A stretch of DNA of 59,013 nt from a virus (taxonomy: Duplodnaviria > Caudoviricetes): positions 1-59,013 of the IMG/VR virus record IMGVR_UViG_3300030329_002180; one strand, 5' to 3'. A program made the position numbers and the translations under genes. Below are positions 27,133 through 38,856 of the stretch, one piece after another (the stretch's first letter is position 1; each line of letters opens with the position of its first letter). Under the pieces are notes generated by a model. It was not told the origin of the DNA, searched no databases, and saw nothing but the letters and a program-made list of their open reading frames with translations.

Positions 27133-27162
27133 GTAATATAGTTACTTATCAAGTGATTATAT
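27133..27162 (+). promoter_or_regulatory. Putative late promoter
   Basis: GTAAT-N15-GTGATTAT right after a terminator and before the tail operon. Confidence 0.55.
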
Positions 27163-27186
27163 AAACATACATCTAAACAAAAAAAT

Positions 27187-27933
27187 ATGGCGGTAAATGT
27201 AGATACGGTATACCAAAGAATTTTAATGATTGCAAATAAAGAGCAAAGAGGTTATATAACACCACAAGAATTTAATCTTATGGCTAACCAAGCTCAAATG
27301 GATATATTTGAACAATACTTTTATGACTTAAATCAATTTAATAGAACACCTGATAATAACACAGAGTATTCTAATATGACAAGTATTTTAAAAGAAAAAA
27401 TAAGTATTTTTGAAGACACGTTTGAAGCCACAACTAAAAGCGGTAACGCAATAACTTTACCTAACGATGTTTATAGGTTAGGTCAAGTATTATACGGTAC
27501 AAGCGCTAGTAATTATAACGTTGTCGAGCCTATTGATAACAATAGATTGGTAAGTATACTTAGATCTAAATTAACATATCCAAGCGCTAAAAGACCTATA
27601 TATGTTAGAAATGGAGATTCTATAGGTGATCACGGTTCTCTAAGATTAAGAATATATCCTTCTACATTAACAAGTAGTATAAAAATTAATTATATAAAAC
27701 AGCCAGCCACCGTCGTGTGGGGATATAGTTTAGTACCTAATAGTGATGCCGTAGACGGATACACAGCTTTATATAACCAAAGTACATCAACAAATTTCTC
27801 TATCCATTCCTCTGAAGAAACTGAACTAGTTATAAAAATATTACAGTTGGCGGGTATAGTTTTAGAAGATCCTTCTTTATACCAAATGGCATCTGGAGAA
27901 GATCAAAAATCAATTCAACAAGAAAAAATATAA
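27187..27933 (+). CDS. Putative head-tail adaptor / tail ring protein
   Basis: NKEQRGYITPQEFN..AN.AQ, LPNDVYRL, INYIKQP; first gene of the tail operon. Confidence 0.6.
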   Translation: MAVNVDTVYQRILMIANKEQRGYITPQEFNLMANQAQMDIFEQYFYDLNQFNRTPDNNTEYSNMTSILKEKISIFEDTFEATTKSGNAITLPNDVYRLGQVLYGTSASNYNVVEPIDNNRLVSILRSKLTYPSAKRPIYVRNGDSIGDHGSLRLRIYPSTLTSSIKINYIKQPATVVWGYSLVPNSDAVDGYTALYNQSTSTNFSIHSSEETELVIKILQLAGIVLEDPSLYQMASGEDQKSIQQEKI

Positions 27934-27937
27934 ATAA

Positions 27938-28765
27938 ATGGGATATATAGAATTTTTGGATAAAAATCAAAAACAGTATTACAGTACTAATTCGCCAGAT
28001 ATTTTTGGTGACTATCAATTTGTATCATTAAACGATATTATAGATAATTTTATGGTTGGTTATGTTGGAGATGGTAAAATAATAACAACGGTAAGTAGAT
28101 CTGATGTGCAGTTTCATGCTATGAGAAATATACAAGAATTATCTTATGATACATTTAAATCTACAAAGTCTCAAGAAATAGTTGTTCCAAATACATTAAC
28201 TATGATACTACCTCAAGATTATGTTAATTATGTTAAGCTTACTTGGCTTAGTAGTAAAGATGGTTTAGAATATATGATGTATCCAACTAGAAAAACATCG
28301 AATCCTTTAGATATAACTCAAGATGCTAATGGAGATTATACTTTTAGTGGTAATGACTTAGCTACAGACAATTCATCATCAACATGGGAAGATCATAAAG
28401 GTGCTGAGTTTGAAGATCCAGAAACAGATCAAGCTGTATATCCAACTTATTATATTGATCATTTAACCGGTAAAATACATTTTAGTTCTAATTTAACTGG
28501 TAAAACAATTATATTAAAGTATATATCTGATGGGTTGGGTTCGGAAGATGAAATGATTGTTCATAAGTTTGCTGAGGAAGCTATGTACAAAGCTATAGCT
28601 TGTGATATTCTTTCTATAAAATCAAACATTCCAGAATATATTATAAATAGATATAAAAAAGAAAAATTTGCAGCTAGAAGAACTGCTAAATTAAGATTGT
28701 CTAATTTAAAAATAGACGAATTAATACAAACAATGCGAGGTAAAGACAAAACTCTAAAAGGTTAA
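27938..28765 (+). CDS. Putative tail ring / tubular protein
   Basis: LPQDYVNYVKL, GKIHFSS, ILKYISDG. Confidence 0.6.
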   Translation: MGYIEFLDKNQKQYYSTNSPDIFGDYQFVSLNDIIDNFMVGYVGDGKIITTVSRSDVQFHAMRNIQELSYDTFKSTKSQEIVVPNTLTMILPQDYVNYVKLTWLSSKDGLEYMMYPTRKTSNPLDITQDANGDYTFSGNDLATDNSSSTWEDHKGAEFEDPETDQAVYPTYYIDHLTGKIHFSSNLTGKTIILKYISDGLGSEDEMIVHKFAEEAMYKAIACDILSIKSNIPEYIINRYKKEKFAARRTAKLRLSNLKIDELIQTMRGKDKTLKG

Positions 28766-28766
28766 G

Positions 28767-31700
28767 ATGCGTAAATTAAAAAGAAATTTTGTAAAATCTA
28801 AGATGAATAAAGACCTGGATGACAGGTTTTTACCACCAGGAGAATATAGAGATGCGTTAAACATTAGTGTAATAACGAATCAAAATTCTAGTAGTGGTGC
28901 TATTCAGAATTCTAAAGGTAATGAACAAGTATCAGATACTAGTGGTACTTTACCAAAAGAATGTATTGGTGCTGTTAGTGACGAGAGTACTAATTCTGTT
29001 TACTATTTTGCGAGTACACATGATGATGATACTTCTAGAATTCAAAATTGGTCAACTCTTAGTGGTACTGGTGGTACTGAGCTTATAACCGATCCAACAA
29101 TGAGTTATAACTCTCAATCTAATCACCCTTTTTGGGACAATGGTCAAAACGCTGGAACTCACAACTGGCTGCCGGGTCCAGGATTCTTAAAAGTACTTAG
29201 TTTTGGTGCTTCTCAATCCCACTATTTTTGGAGTAATAGTATAACCTTACAAGATGGTCATACATATAAATTAGAATACGACATAACAGCTGTTAGTAAT
29301 GGCGCTGGACAACCTGCTAGTAGACTTTTTATAGCAAGTGGTGGTGGTACTAATGCTGGTTCTTATAGACCTGCTCAAGACTACGATTTAACAGTTGGAA
29401 CTGGACAATCTATAACTTTTACTTTCGACAAATCTCAAAATGGAAATAGTAATAATGTAAATATAAATTGGTGGCTTTATAAAACTTCTTCCAATAATGT
29501 TACAAAAACTATATCAGTAGACAACGTTAAACTATCTGATCAAACCGAATTAAATAGTGTTTATCAAGATATTATATATGAATATAAAGACAATAAAACA
29601 GCATTGGTATGTAATGACATCTATATGCTTGAAGTACCTTACGCTTCTGCGGCTTTAAATATTGCTAGTAAAACATTTACTAGTGAAATCTTATCAGAGG
29701 AATATTATTGGAGGATTGTTGATGAAGATTTAGAACCTATTGCTGATAGTGGCTGTAGAGGTATTGTTACTAGTTATAATACTAGTACTAATGTTGCTAC
29801 TTTAGAAACCGAAGATGGTGGTGCTATAGATTGGCCAGGTTCAAATTCAACAAACTATAGAATGGTTTTTACAAAACCAAAAATACTAGAGTTAACTACA
29901 CAGTCTAAAATGTCCGCTATAAATATTGTAGACGGTATGTTGTTTTGGACAGATGGATATAACGAACCTAAAAAAATAAATATAGAAAACTGTAAATTAG
30001 GTACGTCTAATTTCTTAACACCAACATACTTACATTTAGATGGTTTTGATGATGTTAATGATGGATTAACAGATTCTATAGTGAGATTAAGCAAAGAGCA
30101 TGTTACTGTAATAAGAAAAGCACCAACCGCACCACCAATAATTCAAAAAATAACAACAACATCGCTAAGTGGTTTGACTAATAGTGTTACCTTTACAGCT
30201 GACTTAGATGCTTTAGGGTCAGGTGGTGGTATGGGGTTACAAGTTATAGTTCCAGGTGATAGTATAACTGTTACAACTAATGAAAATAGCTCAACAACAA
30301 GTTTACAATCTGGTGATACATTACAAATATTACAAGGTGGTCCAGATGTAGATAATTTTACTATTCCAGATATAACAGCTACAATAGATAGTTTTAGCGG
30401 AACATCTTTAACCTTAAGAATTACTTATGTTAATGAAGATGTAGATTATAGTAATAGTGAACCTTACAATTGTCAAAAGGGAGAAACAATGACTTTGTAT
30501 AGGGAAAAGTTTGTAAAATTTGCTTTAAGATATAAATATATAGACGGAGAACATTCTTCTTTATCGCCGTTTTCTACAGTTTGTTTTCAACCAGAAGATT
30601 ATGTTTGGGATAGTAATAGTGGTTCTAATTTGGGAATGTTAAATAAAGTTAAACATTTAGGTATGTGGGGTTTTGTTAGAAGTGATATACCAAAAGATGT
30701 TGTAGCTATAGATATATTATATAAACAATCTAATTCACCATCTATATTTAACTTTAAAACAGTAGTTCGTGATAGTTCTGCCTGGAACGAAGTCGGATTA
30801 GGATATAGTGGTAGGGGTCATAGAGGTTACCTAACATTTAGCGCTGAGGAATTACATGGAATGCTACCATCATCACAATTGTTAAGATCTTGGGACGCTG
30901 TTCCTAGATCAGCTGTAGCACAGGAGGTTGTTGGTAATAGATTAGTATATGGTAATTATAAACAAAATTACGATTTAAAAAGTGGTGGAGTTGATATTGA
31001 TTTTCAAATAACAGCAAATTCATACGCTGGTCGTTATAATTCTTACTCTAAAGAAGGATTATTATCTTGTAAATCTTTAAGAAGGTATCAAGTTGGTGTT
31101 GTTTACGGGGATGTTTATGGAAGAGAAACAGCTGTGCTAACAAGTGAGGGTGGTTCTGTTGATATACCTGAATCTATTACAAATGGTAGAAACTTGTTAG
31201 AAGCTCAAATAAATTCAACCCCACCACCTTGGGCTGATTATTATCGTTATTATGTTAAAGAATCTTCTTCTGAATATTATAATTTTGCTTTAGATAGATG
31301 GTATGATGCTGGTGATAATAATATTTGGTTAGTTTTCCACTCTGCTGATAGAAATAAAGTTACAGAAGATTCTATATTATACTTAAAAAAGAAACATGGT
31401 AAAAACGAAGGGGTTGGTGGAAATGTAAGTGTTAAAGTTTTGTCTATTGAAAACGAAGCACCTGATATAACAAAAACAACTTATAAAATTTTAACAGCTT
31501 ATAGTGGTCAAGATGAAAACGTAAGAAACGGTTTATCAACAACCGGTACTTATAATAGTGCTAGATACGGTTTTGTAGAAACCCCTGTGTATGTTGATGC
31601 TGCTGCATCCACACCAGTTCAACAGTCTCCACCATTAGTACCTTTTAAAGGTAATATCAACCCAGGTGATACTTTTATTGATATAGATCATTTAGCTTGG

Positions 31701-34700
31701 GAAGATTCTGATTTAGCTGGCTTAGAAAATGATTGGTGGAATCAAGGTTACGGTGGACAATTGGTTATGAAAGTACATAGAGTAGGAACTTATTCCGAAG
31801 AATATGTAGTTTCAAATATACAAACACCCTCTAATTCAACTACAGCAGCTACGTATGATAGATATAGAATAACATTAGATAAGCCTTTAGGAAGTGATGT
31901 TTCCTTTGTTAAAATAAACGCACATCACGCGACTGTACCTTTTCAAATGAATACTCATGTTGATTTAGTTTTTTACAACAAAATAATAGCACCTAAACCA
32001 GAACATATAGGTAAATTTTTCGTCAAGGTTCAAAAAACTCCAGAAATACAAAACTACGTAATGACCGATGGTAAAAACATTGAAACTAGAGATTTCATGG
32101 AGTTAGCAGTACCTTATTTAGCTCATAATGCTATTTATTATAGTGATGGTAGTACCGGTATATCAACAACTCACGCTAATGTTACCGCTGGTAGTAATAA
32201 AGCCGGAGGAATAGAAGGTGCAACGCATACAACTTACGCTGCTGATGATGGATCTGCTGAATGGCACTATAGAATTGAGGGTAGAACTGCCAACTTTACA
32301 AACACTGGTGTTAACGCTAGGACTGAAACTGAGTGGCAAGATTACTGCAATAGACATTCTTTAAACAATGCTACAGATGAATTTATAGCTATATTTAAAG
32401 AACCTTACACACAATTAAAACAATGGTATTATCAAAATGGTCCAAATTGGACACCTCTATATAAAGCTTCTGATGGAACAGTTGATGCTAGTAGTGGTGG
32501 TTCATGGACAAATACTGGTTCAGCGGTAGTACCCGCTATTGGTAATAACTGGACTGACAATAATCCAGCTAGATTTGTAAATGGTACAGATGATGCGGAT
32601 GGTTACAAAACAAGTATACCTGTTTATATGGATACTTTATATGCGCAACAAGGTGGTGGTTGGGATGGACATATTTGGTCTCAGTATGATGGTGCTGAAC
32701 CTAATAATTTTCCTGAAACATCGGTGGTTAGAAACGGTGCTGGAGCCGATAAAGGTAGTACAGCTATGGGATTTGTTTATGTTGCTGGTACGAACGAATA
32801 TTCGGATGATAAATTGTGGACTTTCTGGAACAGACTGACTGTTAACGCTAAATATGGTACTTTTCAAAAGTTTTATTTTAAAGATGATCCAGATAAAATA
32901 ATATACACTGTTAACAATGCTTATTGGCATAGAGCATTAAAACTACACACGGCTTCAGGCTCAAACCCTACTAATCCAGGTTGTAATGATGCTAAAATAT
33001 CTAGAATAGTATTAGATAAACCATTAGGACAAGGACCAAGTGGGTGGTCACCGGTATACCATTCTTCTGTAAACGCTGGATCAGCAAATTACCCAGCGAC
33101 TATTGACACTGGTATAGGTTATAGTGATCCAAGTAATACACAATTAACAACAACTATAGTTCTTATAGATGAACAATTCGATAACGATGATACATTTACA
33201 GTTGATAGTCCAGCTGTTTTTGAAACAAAACCTATAATAGAAGAAGGTGTTGATATTTATTACGAAGCAGGTCCAGCTATACCAATAAAATTAAAAACAC
33301 AAGAACAATTATCTATATCAGCTTATGGTAAATATTTACCTAGTGAAACAGAAAAAATAGCAGTGAAGGGATCTGCTATAGAAGTAGATTACTCTGGTAA
33401 TGGTGGTGGTACTTTTCAATCTACAGTTGAAAGTGTTAACACTAATGGTATTATAGTTTGTGAAGATACTGAGGGTACAGCTGGTGATATAGTTAACGGT
33501 GATATTGGTAGGGTATACTTTAGATATGACCATAAAGACATGGGTTATATAAGTTTTAAAGTTGAAGCACATAGTTCTACTGGAGCACCACCAAAAATGT
33601 ATTTAACACCAAAGCATACTATTCATGGTAGACCAAACGGTATTTCTTATGGTAATTGTTTTTCTTTTGGTAATGGTGTTGAATCCGATAGAATACGAGA
33701 TGATTTTAATACGGTTGTAATGGGGAAAGGTGATATAGCGTCAACTACATTACCATCTGTTGAGAAAGAGAATCATCATAAATATGGCTTAATATATTCT
33801 GGTATATATAATTCTAAAACAGGATTAAATGATTTAAATCAATTTATAGCAGCGGAAAATATAACTAAAGACTTGAATCCTGATTATGGATCAATTCAAA
33901 AACTAAACACAAGAGAATCAGATATGACGGTTCTATGTGAAGACAAGATATTAAAGTTATTGATTAACAAAAACTCTTTATACAATGCTGATGCTTCTAC
34001 AAATATATCAGCTAGCAATATAGTTTTAGGACAAGAAGTTCCTTATGTTGGTGAATATGGAATAGCTAAAAATCCGGAATCATTCTCTCAACATGGTTAT
34101 AAATCTTATTTTACAGATAGAAGTAGAGGTGCAGTGTTACGTTTATCTAAAGATGGTTTAACAACTATATCTAAAAATGGATTAGAAACTTATTTTGACG
34201 AAAATATAAGAGGTAAAGATTTTATTATAGGTACTTATGATGCTAAAAAATATGAATATAATATAACTTACAAAAAACCAGGGCCAACAGCTATTAGTAA
34301 AAGTATTAGTAATAACAACAAAACAATCACGTTTGAAAAACCACCCATAAACTACACCTGGAAGGTTGGAATGGAAATAGAGGGTGATGGTTTGGTGAGA
34401 GGTACAACAATTTCATCTATTACAACAGATACTCAAATTATTGTTAGTAATGCTATGATAGGTACTTTTGAAGCTGGTCAAGAATATAATGCTTTTGAAA
34501 AAGAAACAATAAGTTTCAATGATATATCTAACGGTTGGGTTAGTTTTAGATCTTTTTTACCTGAAAATGGATTAAGTGTTAGAGGTGAATACTTTACATA
34601 TAGAGATGGTGATATGTATCAACATTATTTAAACGATACAGCTAATGAATATTATGGTGTTTCATATAATTCAAATATAACAACTATATTTAATGATGCC

Positions 34701-36548
34701 GCTGAAATAGTAAAGGATTTTAAAATTTTATCTTATTTAGGTAGTAAACCTAAAACTTTTGCTTCTACTAATAATAACCAAACAGTAGATTATGGTTGGT
34801 ATGTAAAAGATATACAAACAGATTTAGAAGAGGGTTATGTGGGTAAATTTGAGAAAAAAGAAGGTAAGTTTTTCGGTTATATAAAAGGTAAATATTTAAC
34901 AACGAACGCTAGTGGTAACACACAGAGAAAACTTTTAGGTACCGCTGAAGAGTTTACAACACAAGGTTTAGGTAATGTTGTTGATTTTAACTCTCAACCT
35001 GGTTGGTATAATAGTGTTAATTTAACTTTCTCAAATATAGTACACGAGTCTGCTCACAATGCAAACGATGGTGGATTTGATGTTAGTGTAACTGGAATAC
35101 CCGCGGATAGAGGTGTTAGACTATATGATAGTAATAATAATATAATTAGTACCATGTTAGAAAATGATAGTGCTGGTACACATTCAGAAACATTTACTAA
35201 TTTAGCTCCAGAAACATATGATTTAGTTGTTTTTAACGAGAGTAATGGAACTGAAGATGTGCAAATAACTTCTCCTACAGCGATTGTTAATCCTTATTTA
35301 GCATTTAATTTTGTTGATTTTGCTGGAAATACTGGATTTACATTTACAGAACCCACCACATACCAAGGTACTGATGGAGAGATTGCATTTACTATTAAAT
35401 CTTACGGGCAATCTGGTAGTAAAAGCTGGAGATTACAAAGGAATGACGGTAATAATTGGAATACTATACAGGAAGATGCTTATTCGTTTGGTGATGGAAC
35501 AACAGAAACACTTAGTGTTGTTATTAAAAATACTAATTCCACTATTAATGGTGTTATAGTTAACGCTATAGATGAACCTACTTTAATGGGTGGAACATAT
35601 AGATTACATTCTAAATTAGGTGGACAATTACATCAAGTTGGTAATAGTTTTGATACTATAAGCGCGGCTATGCCATTTGGCTCAGGTGTAACTGGTGTAT
35701 ACCACATATCAACACTTACAGCTATTCAAGAAACTGCTTTTCAAACGCATGATTGTGAATTAAGATTTGATCTATTTAATTTCTCCTTCCAAAGTGGTGT
35801 TAATAATACTGATGTTAGTTGGAAAATATTTGATCAAACCAACAATGTGGTACATGATGGGACGCAGTTAAATCAAAGTAATTTTGGTTCTTGGGTTAAT
35901 ATCCCATATTGGATTAGAAAAGGAGATGGTTCTTTTGGTTCTTCCGGTAATACGACATCTGGTCTTAGTATTCCGGGTGGTATATTTGGTGGTCAAGTTT
36001 ATAGAGTACAAGCTTATATTAGAGATGCTAATGGCGCTTGGGTTGCAAAAGCAAATGATTATAGAGAAGTAACAACGTTAGCATTTAATACTTCACCACC
36101 TACATCGATGTTATCAGTTTATCAAATTACTAATGAAACAGTTGGTGGTCTAAATGATGGTAGAATTGAATTCTTTATTCACCAAGATCCAGATGATACT
36201 GGTTATACAACTGGTATTGGATTTAAAATATTTAGAGACATTGATCTTGTAACACCAATAATAGATTGTTCAACTGGTGCAGCTATAAACAATGTTACAT
36301 GGCCTTTAGACGCTAACGCAAGTACTGATGAACAAGTAACAGTATCTATATCAGGTGATTCTTTATTAGCTTATTTTGAAAAAGGTTGGCAAGCTGGTCA
36401 ACAGGTATCAGCACCTAACCAAGTGTATGGTCTCAATGGTGATACGTATAGAATACAAGCTACATATCAAGGTAACGATATAACTGGTGAATTTATAGAT
36501 GTTACAGTTTCAATAGATACAGCTCAAACACATGATAATATAAATTAA
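28767..36548 (+). CDS. Large tail protein (nozzle / stabilization type) with inserted and C-terminal beta-rich domains
   Basis: KMNKDLDDRFLPPGEYRDALNI start, LFWTDGYNEPKKINI, NRLVYGNY, GEYGIAKNPESF, YFTDRSRGAVLRLS. Confidence 0.7.
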   Translation: MRKLKRNFVKSKMNKDLDDRFLPPGEYRDALNISVITNQNSSSGAIQNSKGNEQVSDTSGTLPKECIGAVSDESTNSVYYFASTHDDDTSRIQNWSTLSGTGGTELITDPTMSYNSQSNHPFWDNGQNAGTHNWLPGPGFLKVLSFGASQSHYFWSNSITLQDGHTYKLEYDITAVSNGAGQPASRLFIASGGGTNAGSYRPAQDYDLTVGTGQSITFTFDKSQNGNSNNVNINWWLYKTSSNNVTKTISVDNVKLSDQTELNSVYQDIIYEYKDNKTALVCNDIYMLEVPYASAALNIASKTFTSEILSEEYYWRIVDEDLEPIADSGCRGIVTSYNTSTNVATLETEDGGAIDWPGSNSTNYRMVFTKPKILELTTQSKMSAINIVDGMLFWTDGYNEPKKINIENCKLGTSNFLTPTYLHLDGFDDVNDGLTDSIVRLSKEHVTVIRKAPTAPPIIQKITTTSLSGLTNSVTFTADLDALGSGGGMGLQVIVPGDSITVTTNENSSTTSLQSGDTLQILQGGPDVDNFTIPDITATIDSFSGTSLTLRITYVNEDVDYSNSEPYNCQKGETMTLYREKFVKFALRYKYIDGEHSSLSPFSTVCFQPEDYVWDSNSGSNLGMLNKVKHLGMWGFVRSDIPKDVVAIDILYKQSNSPSIFNFKTVVRDSSAWNEVGLGYSGRGHRGYLTFSAEELHGMLPSSQLLRSWDAVPRSAVAQEVVGNRLVYGNYKQNYDLKSGGVDIDFQITANSYAGRYNSYSKEGLLSCKSLRRYQVGVVYGDVYGRETAVLTSEGGSVDIPESITNGRNLLEAQINSTPPPWADYYRYYVKESSSEYYNFALDRWYDAGDNNIWLVFHSADRNKVTEDSILYLKKKHGKNEGVGGNVSVKVLSIENEAPDITKTTYKILTAYSGQDENVRNGLSTTGTYNSARYGFVETPVYVDAAASTPVQQSPPLVPFKGNINPGDTFIDIDHLAWEDSDLAGLENDWWNQGYGGQLVMKVHRVGTYSEEYVVSNIQTPSNSTTAATYDRYRITLDKPLGSDVSFVKINAHHATVPFQMNTHVDLVFYNKIIAPKPEHIGKFFVKVQKTPEIQNYVMTDGKNIETRDFMELAVPYLAHNAIYYSDGSTGISTTHANVTAGSNKAGGIEGATHTTYAADDGSAEWHYRIEGRTANFTNTGVNARTETEWQDYCNRHSLNNATDEFIAIFKEPYTQLKQWYYQNGPNWTPLYKASDGTVDASSGGSWTNTGSAVVPAIGNNWTDNNPARFVNGTDDADGYKTSIPVYMDTLYAQQGGGWDGHIWSQYDGAEPNNFPETSVVRNGAGADKGSTAMGFVYVAGTNEYSDDKLWTFWNRLTVNAKYGTFQKFYFKDDPDKIIYTVNNAYWHRALKLHTASGSNPTNPGCNDAKISRIVLDKPLGQGPSGWSPVYHSSVNAGSANYPATIDTGIGYSDPSNTQLTTTIVLIDEQFDNDDTFTVDSPAVFETKPIIEEGVDIYYEAGPAIPIKLKTQEQLSISAYGKYLPSETEKIAVKGSAIEVDYSGNGGGTFQSTVESVNTNGIIVCEDTEGTAGDIVNGDIGRVYFRYDHKDMGYISFKVEAHSSTGAPPKMYLTPKHTIHGRPNGISYGNCFSFGNGVESDRIRDDFNTVVMGKGDIASTTLPSVEKENHHKYGLIYSGIYNSKTGLNDLNQFIAAENITKDLNPDYGSIQKLNTRESDMTVLCEDKILKLLINKNSLYNADASTNISASNIVLGQEVPYVGEYGIAKNPESFSQHGYKSYFTDRSRGAVLRLSKDGLTTISKNGLETYFDENIRGKDFIIGTYDAKKYEYNITYKKPGPTAISKSISNNNKTITFEKPPINYTWKVGMEIEGDGLVRGTTISSITTDTQIIVSNAMIGTFEAGQEYNAFEKETISFNDISNGWVSFRSFLPENGLSVRGEYFTYRDGDMYQHYLNDTANEYYGVSYNSNITTIFNDAAEIVKDFKILSYLGSKPKTFASTNNNQTVDYGWYVKDIQTDLEEGYVGKFEKKEGKFFGYIKGKYLTTNASGNTQRKLLGTAEEFTTQGLGNVVDFNSQPGWYNSVNLTFSNIVHESAHNANDGGFDVSVTGIPADRGVRLYDSNNNIISTMLENDSAGTHSETFTNLAPETYDLVVFNESNGTEDVQITSPTAIVNPYLAFNFVDFAGNTGFTFTEPTTYQGTDGEIAFTIKSYGQSGSKSWRLQRNDGNNWNTIQEDAYSFGDGTTETLSVVIKNTNSTINGVIVNAIDEPTLMGGTYRLHSKLGGQLHQVGNSFDTISAAMPFGSGVTGVYHISTLTAIQETAFQTHDCELRFDLFNFSFQSGVNNTDVSWKIFDQTNNVVHDGTQLNQSNFGSWVNIPYWIRKGDGSFGSSGNTTSGLSIPGGIFGGQVYRVQAYIRDANGAWVAKANDYREVTTLAFNTSPPTSMLSVYQITNETVGGLNDGRIEFFIHQDPDDTGYTTGIGFKIFRDIDLVTPIIDCSTGAAINNVTWPLDANASTDEQVTVSISGDSLLAYFEKGWQAGQQVSAPNQVYGLNGDTYRIQATYQGNDITGEFIDVTVSIDTAQTHDNIN

Positions 36549-36560
36549 ACAATAAATAAA

Positions 36561-38843
36561 ATGCCAATAACAGGAACAGGACCTACTAACAGTGACATGG
36601 AAATGGTTTTTGACAACGCTTTTGAAACTTTAAGTTCAAATCAAAGCGCTAGTACAAATGGTGATCATTGGACCACTGGTCCTCACACAACAATAAATCA
36701 CACTAACAACAGAGCGGAAACAGCGGGCGCAAGTTATCAAGATGTTATGTTATCTCAAAGCAACAGTAATAATACTAGTGTAAACATGCACACTTTTCAA
36801 GCTGGTAAAGTGTATAAAGTACAAATTGTTGTGGAGACTTATACTTCTGGAACTATAAATCTAGTACCAAAATCAATTGGAGGAGTTTATGATGGTTGTT
36901 TTCTTAGTGAGGATGATTATGGAGAGGGTGAACCTCAAGATGGTAGTAGCGGTAATTATAGTACAGAATACGAGTTTACACTAGATAATGGCGCTGGAAC
37001 ATATAATGTATATATGAGAGCTAGATATATTGATGATAGTTATCTCGAGTTACAAGCAGGCTACAACGGTTTTTCTGGCACTATAGGTTCAATAAGTGTA
37101 ACTGGTGGTATTGATGGAAAAATTAATTTTTCAATTGATAATAATGCTGGTGTAACTGGTTATAATGATTTAAGTTTTAGATTAGTTAGAACTTCAGGAT
37201 CGGCTGAATTAGTAAATGGTTACGACAGGGGTGTAACATGGGGCACAACTAATCCACCTGTAGAAATAGAGATTGGTCCAAGAAGTAAAATAGATGGCGT
37301 TTGGACTAGTTCTAACGCTAGGAAATTAAGCGTCTTTAATCAACAAACAATGATTGATTTGATACCTGGAACTTATAAACTATACAAAACAGTTGGTGGT
37401 GTTGATACAGACGAATTAAACAATAGCGGTAATATCGTTACATATGAGGATATTGTGATAGACCCTTATCAAGGTGCAGCCCCACCGGTTATTGTAGGTG
37501 GTAATGGTGGTGGTGGTGGTGGTAGTGCTCCTGTAGGAAGTTCTATAAAATTTAATCCTTACGACCCTGCTAACACTAACAATGATGATGGTCCTGCGGT
37601 ATATATAGATCCAAACACAGGTACAGGTCAAGGTAACCATATGTATGGTTGGCCATCAAATCCCACCGCAAGTCAAACTTACAATAATGGTGATGGAAGT
37701 TTTTGGGTTGCCATATGGATATATATAGAATCTGCTACTAATAACTGGGGTGATACTATGGGAGATAGTAAATATAAAACAATAGCATCACATGGTTATT
37801 GGAATAATTGGAGTGCTGCAGGTAGACAGGGTAGAATTTGGCATGCTGGATTAACTGAATATGCTGGTAAAAAAGGTTTAGCTTTTACAGTGCGTACTAT
37901 GGATTGGTTAAGTCACCCACAATCTACGATGGTATATGGAAAGGGTGATACTTTTACTAGAGTTACGCAGTATGTAGATCTTTGGGGTGATAATGCAGAT
38001 AGTACTTATGGTATAAAATTAAACCAATGGAATCAATTAGTTTTTCAGCATGATGGAACAGATATTAGTTCAGCTATGATAGATAGAATAAAGAATACGG
38101 GTGGATACAGTAATACCTGGGGTGGTCCTTTTAACTTTGATCAAAATGCTAGTTATCACTTTAATAGTGCTGGTTATCCACCGGCAATCAATACCGTGCT
38201 TTCAGTACCTCAAAGAGTAACTGATGGGGTGAATGGTGGTCATATTTACGTTAACGGTTTAAAAGTTGGTGGAGATGGGGTTAACCAAGGTGGTTTATAT
38301 GGAAGTAGTTTGTGCCACACCCCGTTCAATGATGATCTACAAACAAACGCTATTAAGTTGTCACAAGCAAAACAATCTAGTAACCGTTTGTTTCCAGGTC
38401 CATTTGGAGGTAGTTACAACTCGGATAAATACTCTATAATGGTTGGTTGTAACGGTTCACCAGCCTATAACGAAAACGCAGCCGTCGGAGCGGCAACCAA
38501 TCCTAATGGAGGAACTGTTAATACGTTTACGTTTTCACCTAAACACGATGCAGGAGCTGGACATCATGTTTATTTTGATAATTTTATGATGGGTGGCTCG
38601 CTTTTAACAGATACAGAAATTTCTAATATGTACACTTATAATAGTTTTAATGCAAATGGTAGTTTTGCTGATGATAGTATATATAATGATACTAGACTAA
38701 ACTTATGGTTTAAATTTGATGAAAATACAGGTTCAGAATTAATCGCTCATCATATCGCAGTTGGAACCGCAAATTCAACGAGTAAAAAAGGAAGTTTTAC
38801 TAATAATTTTTCAGATTGGGACGACAACACAACACATAGTTAA
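36561..38843 (+). CDS. Putative receptor-binding / tail protein with LamG-like C-terminal domain
   Basis: G/N/T-rich, poly-Gly linker, FWVAIWIY, NQWNQLVF, IYVNG, LWFKFDENTG. Confidence 0.6.
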   Translation: MPITGTGPTNSDMEMVFDNAFETLSSNQSASTNGDHWTTGPHTTINHTNNRAETAGASYQDVMLSQSNSNNTSVNMHTFQAGKVYKVQIVVETYTSGTINLVPKSIGGVYDGCFLSEDDYGEGEPQDGSSGNYSTEYEFTLDNGAGTYNVYMRARYIDDSYLELQAGYNGFSGTIGSISVTGGIDGKINFSIDNNAGVTGYNDLSFRLVRTSGSAELVNGYDRGVTWGTTNPPVEIEIGPRSKIDGVWTSSNARKLSVFNQQTMIDLIPGTYKLYKTVGGVDTDELNNSGNIVTYEDIVIDPYQGAAPPVIVGGNGGGGGGSAPVGSSIKFNPYDPANTNNDDGPAVYIDPNTGTGQGNHMYGWPSNPTASQTYNNGDGSFWVAIWIYIESATNNWGDTMGDSKYKTIASHGYWNNWSAAGRQGRIWHAGLTEYAGKKGLAFTVRTMDWLSHPQSTMVYGKGDTFTRVTQYVDLWGDNADSTYGIKLNQWNQLVFQHDGTDISSAMIDRIKNTGGYSNTWGGPFNFDQNASYHFNSAGYPPAINTVLSVPQRVTDGVNGGHIYVNGLKVGGDGVNQGGLYGSSLCHTPFNDDLQTNAIKLSQAKQSSNRLFPGPFGGSYNSDKYSIMVGCNGSPAYNENAAVGAATNPNGGTVNTFTFSPKHDAGAGHHVYFDNFMMGGSLLTDTEISNMYTYNSFNANGSFADDSIYNDTRLNLWFKFDENTGSELIAHHIAVGTANSTSKKGSFTNNFSDWDDNTTHS

Positions 38844-38856
38844 AAATAAAATATAA

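Noticed and set aside
37497-37524. GGT microsatellite as a contingency locus
   Set aside because: It is an in-frame triplet run encoding a poly-Gly linker, so slippage would not switch phase.
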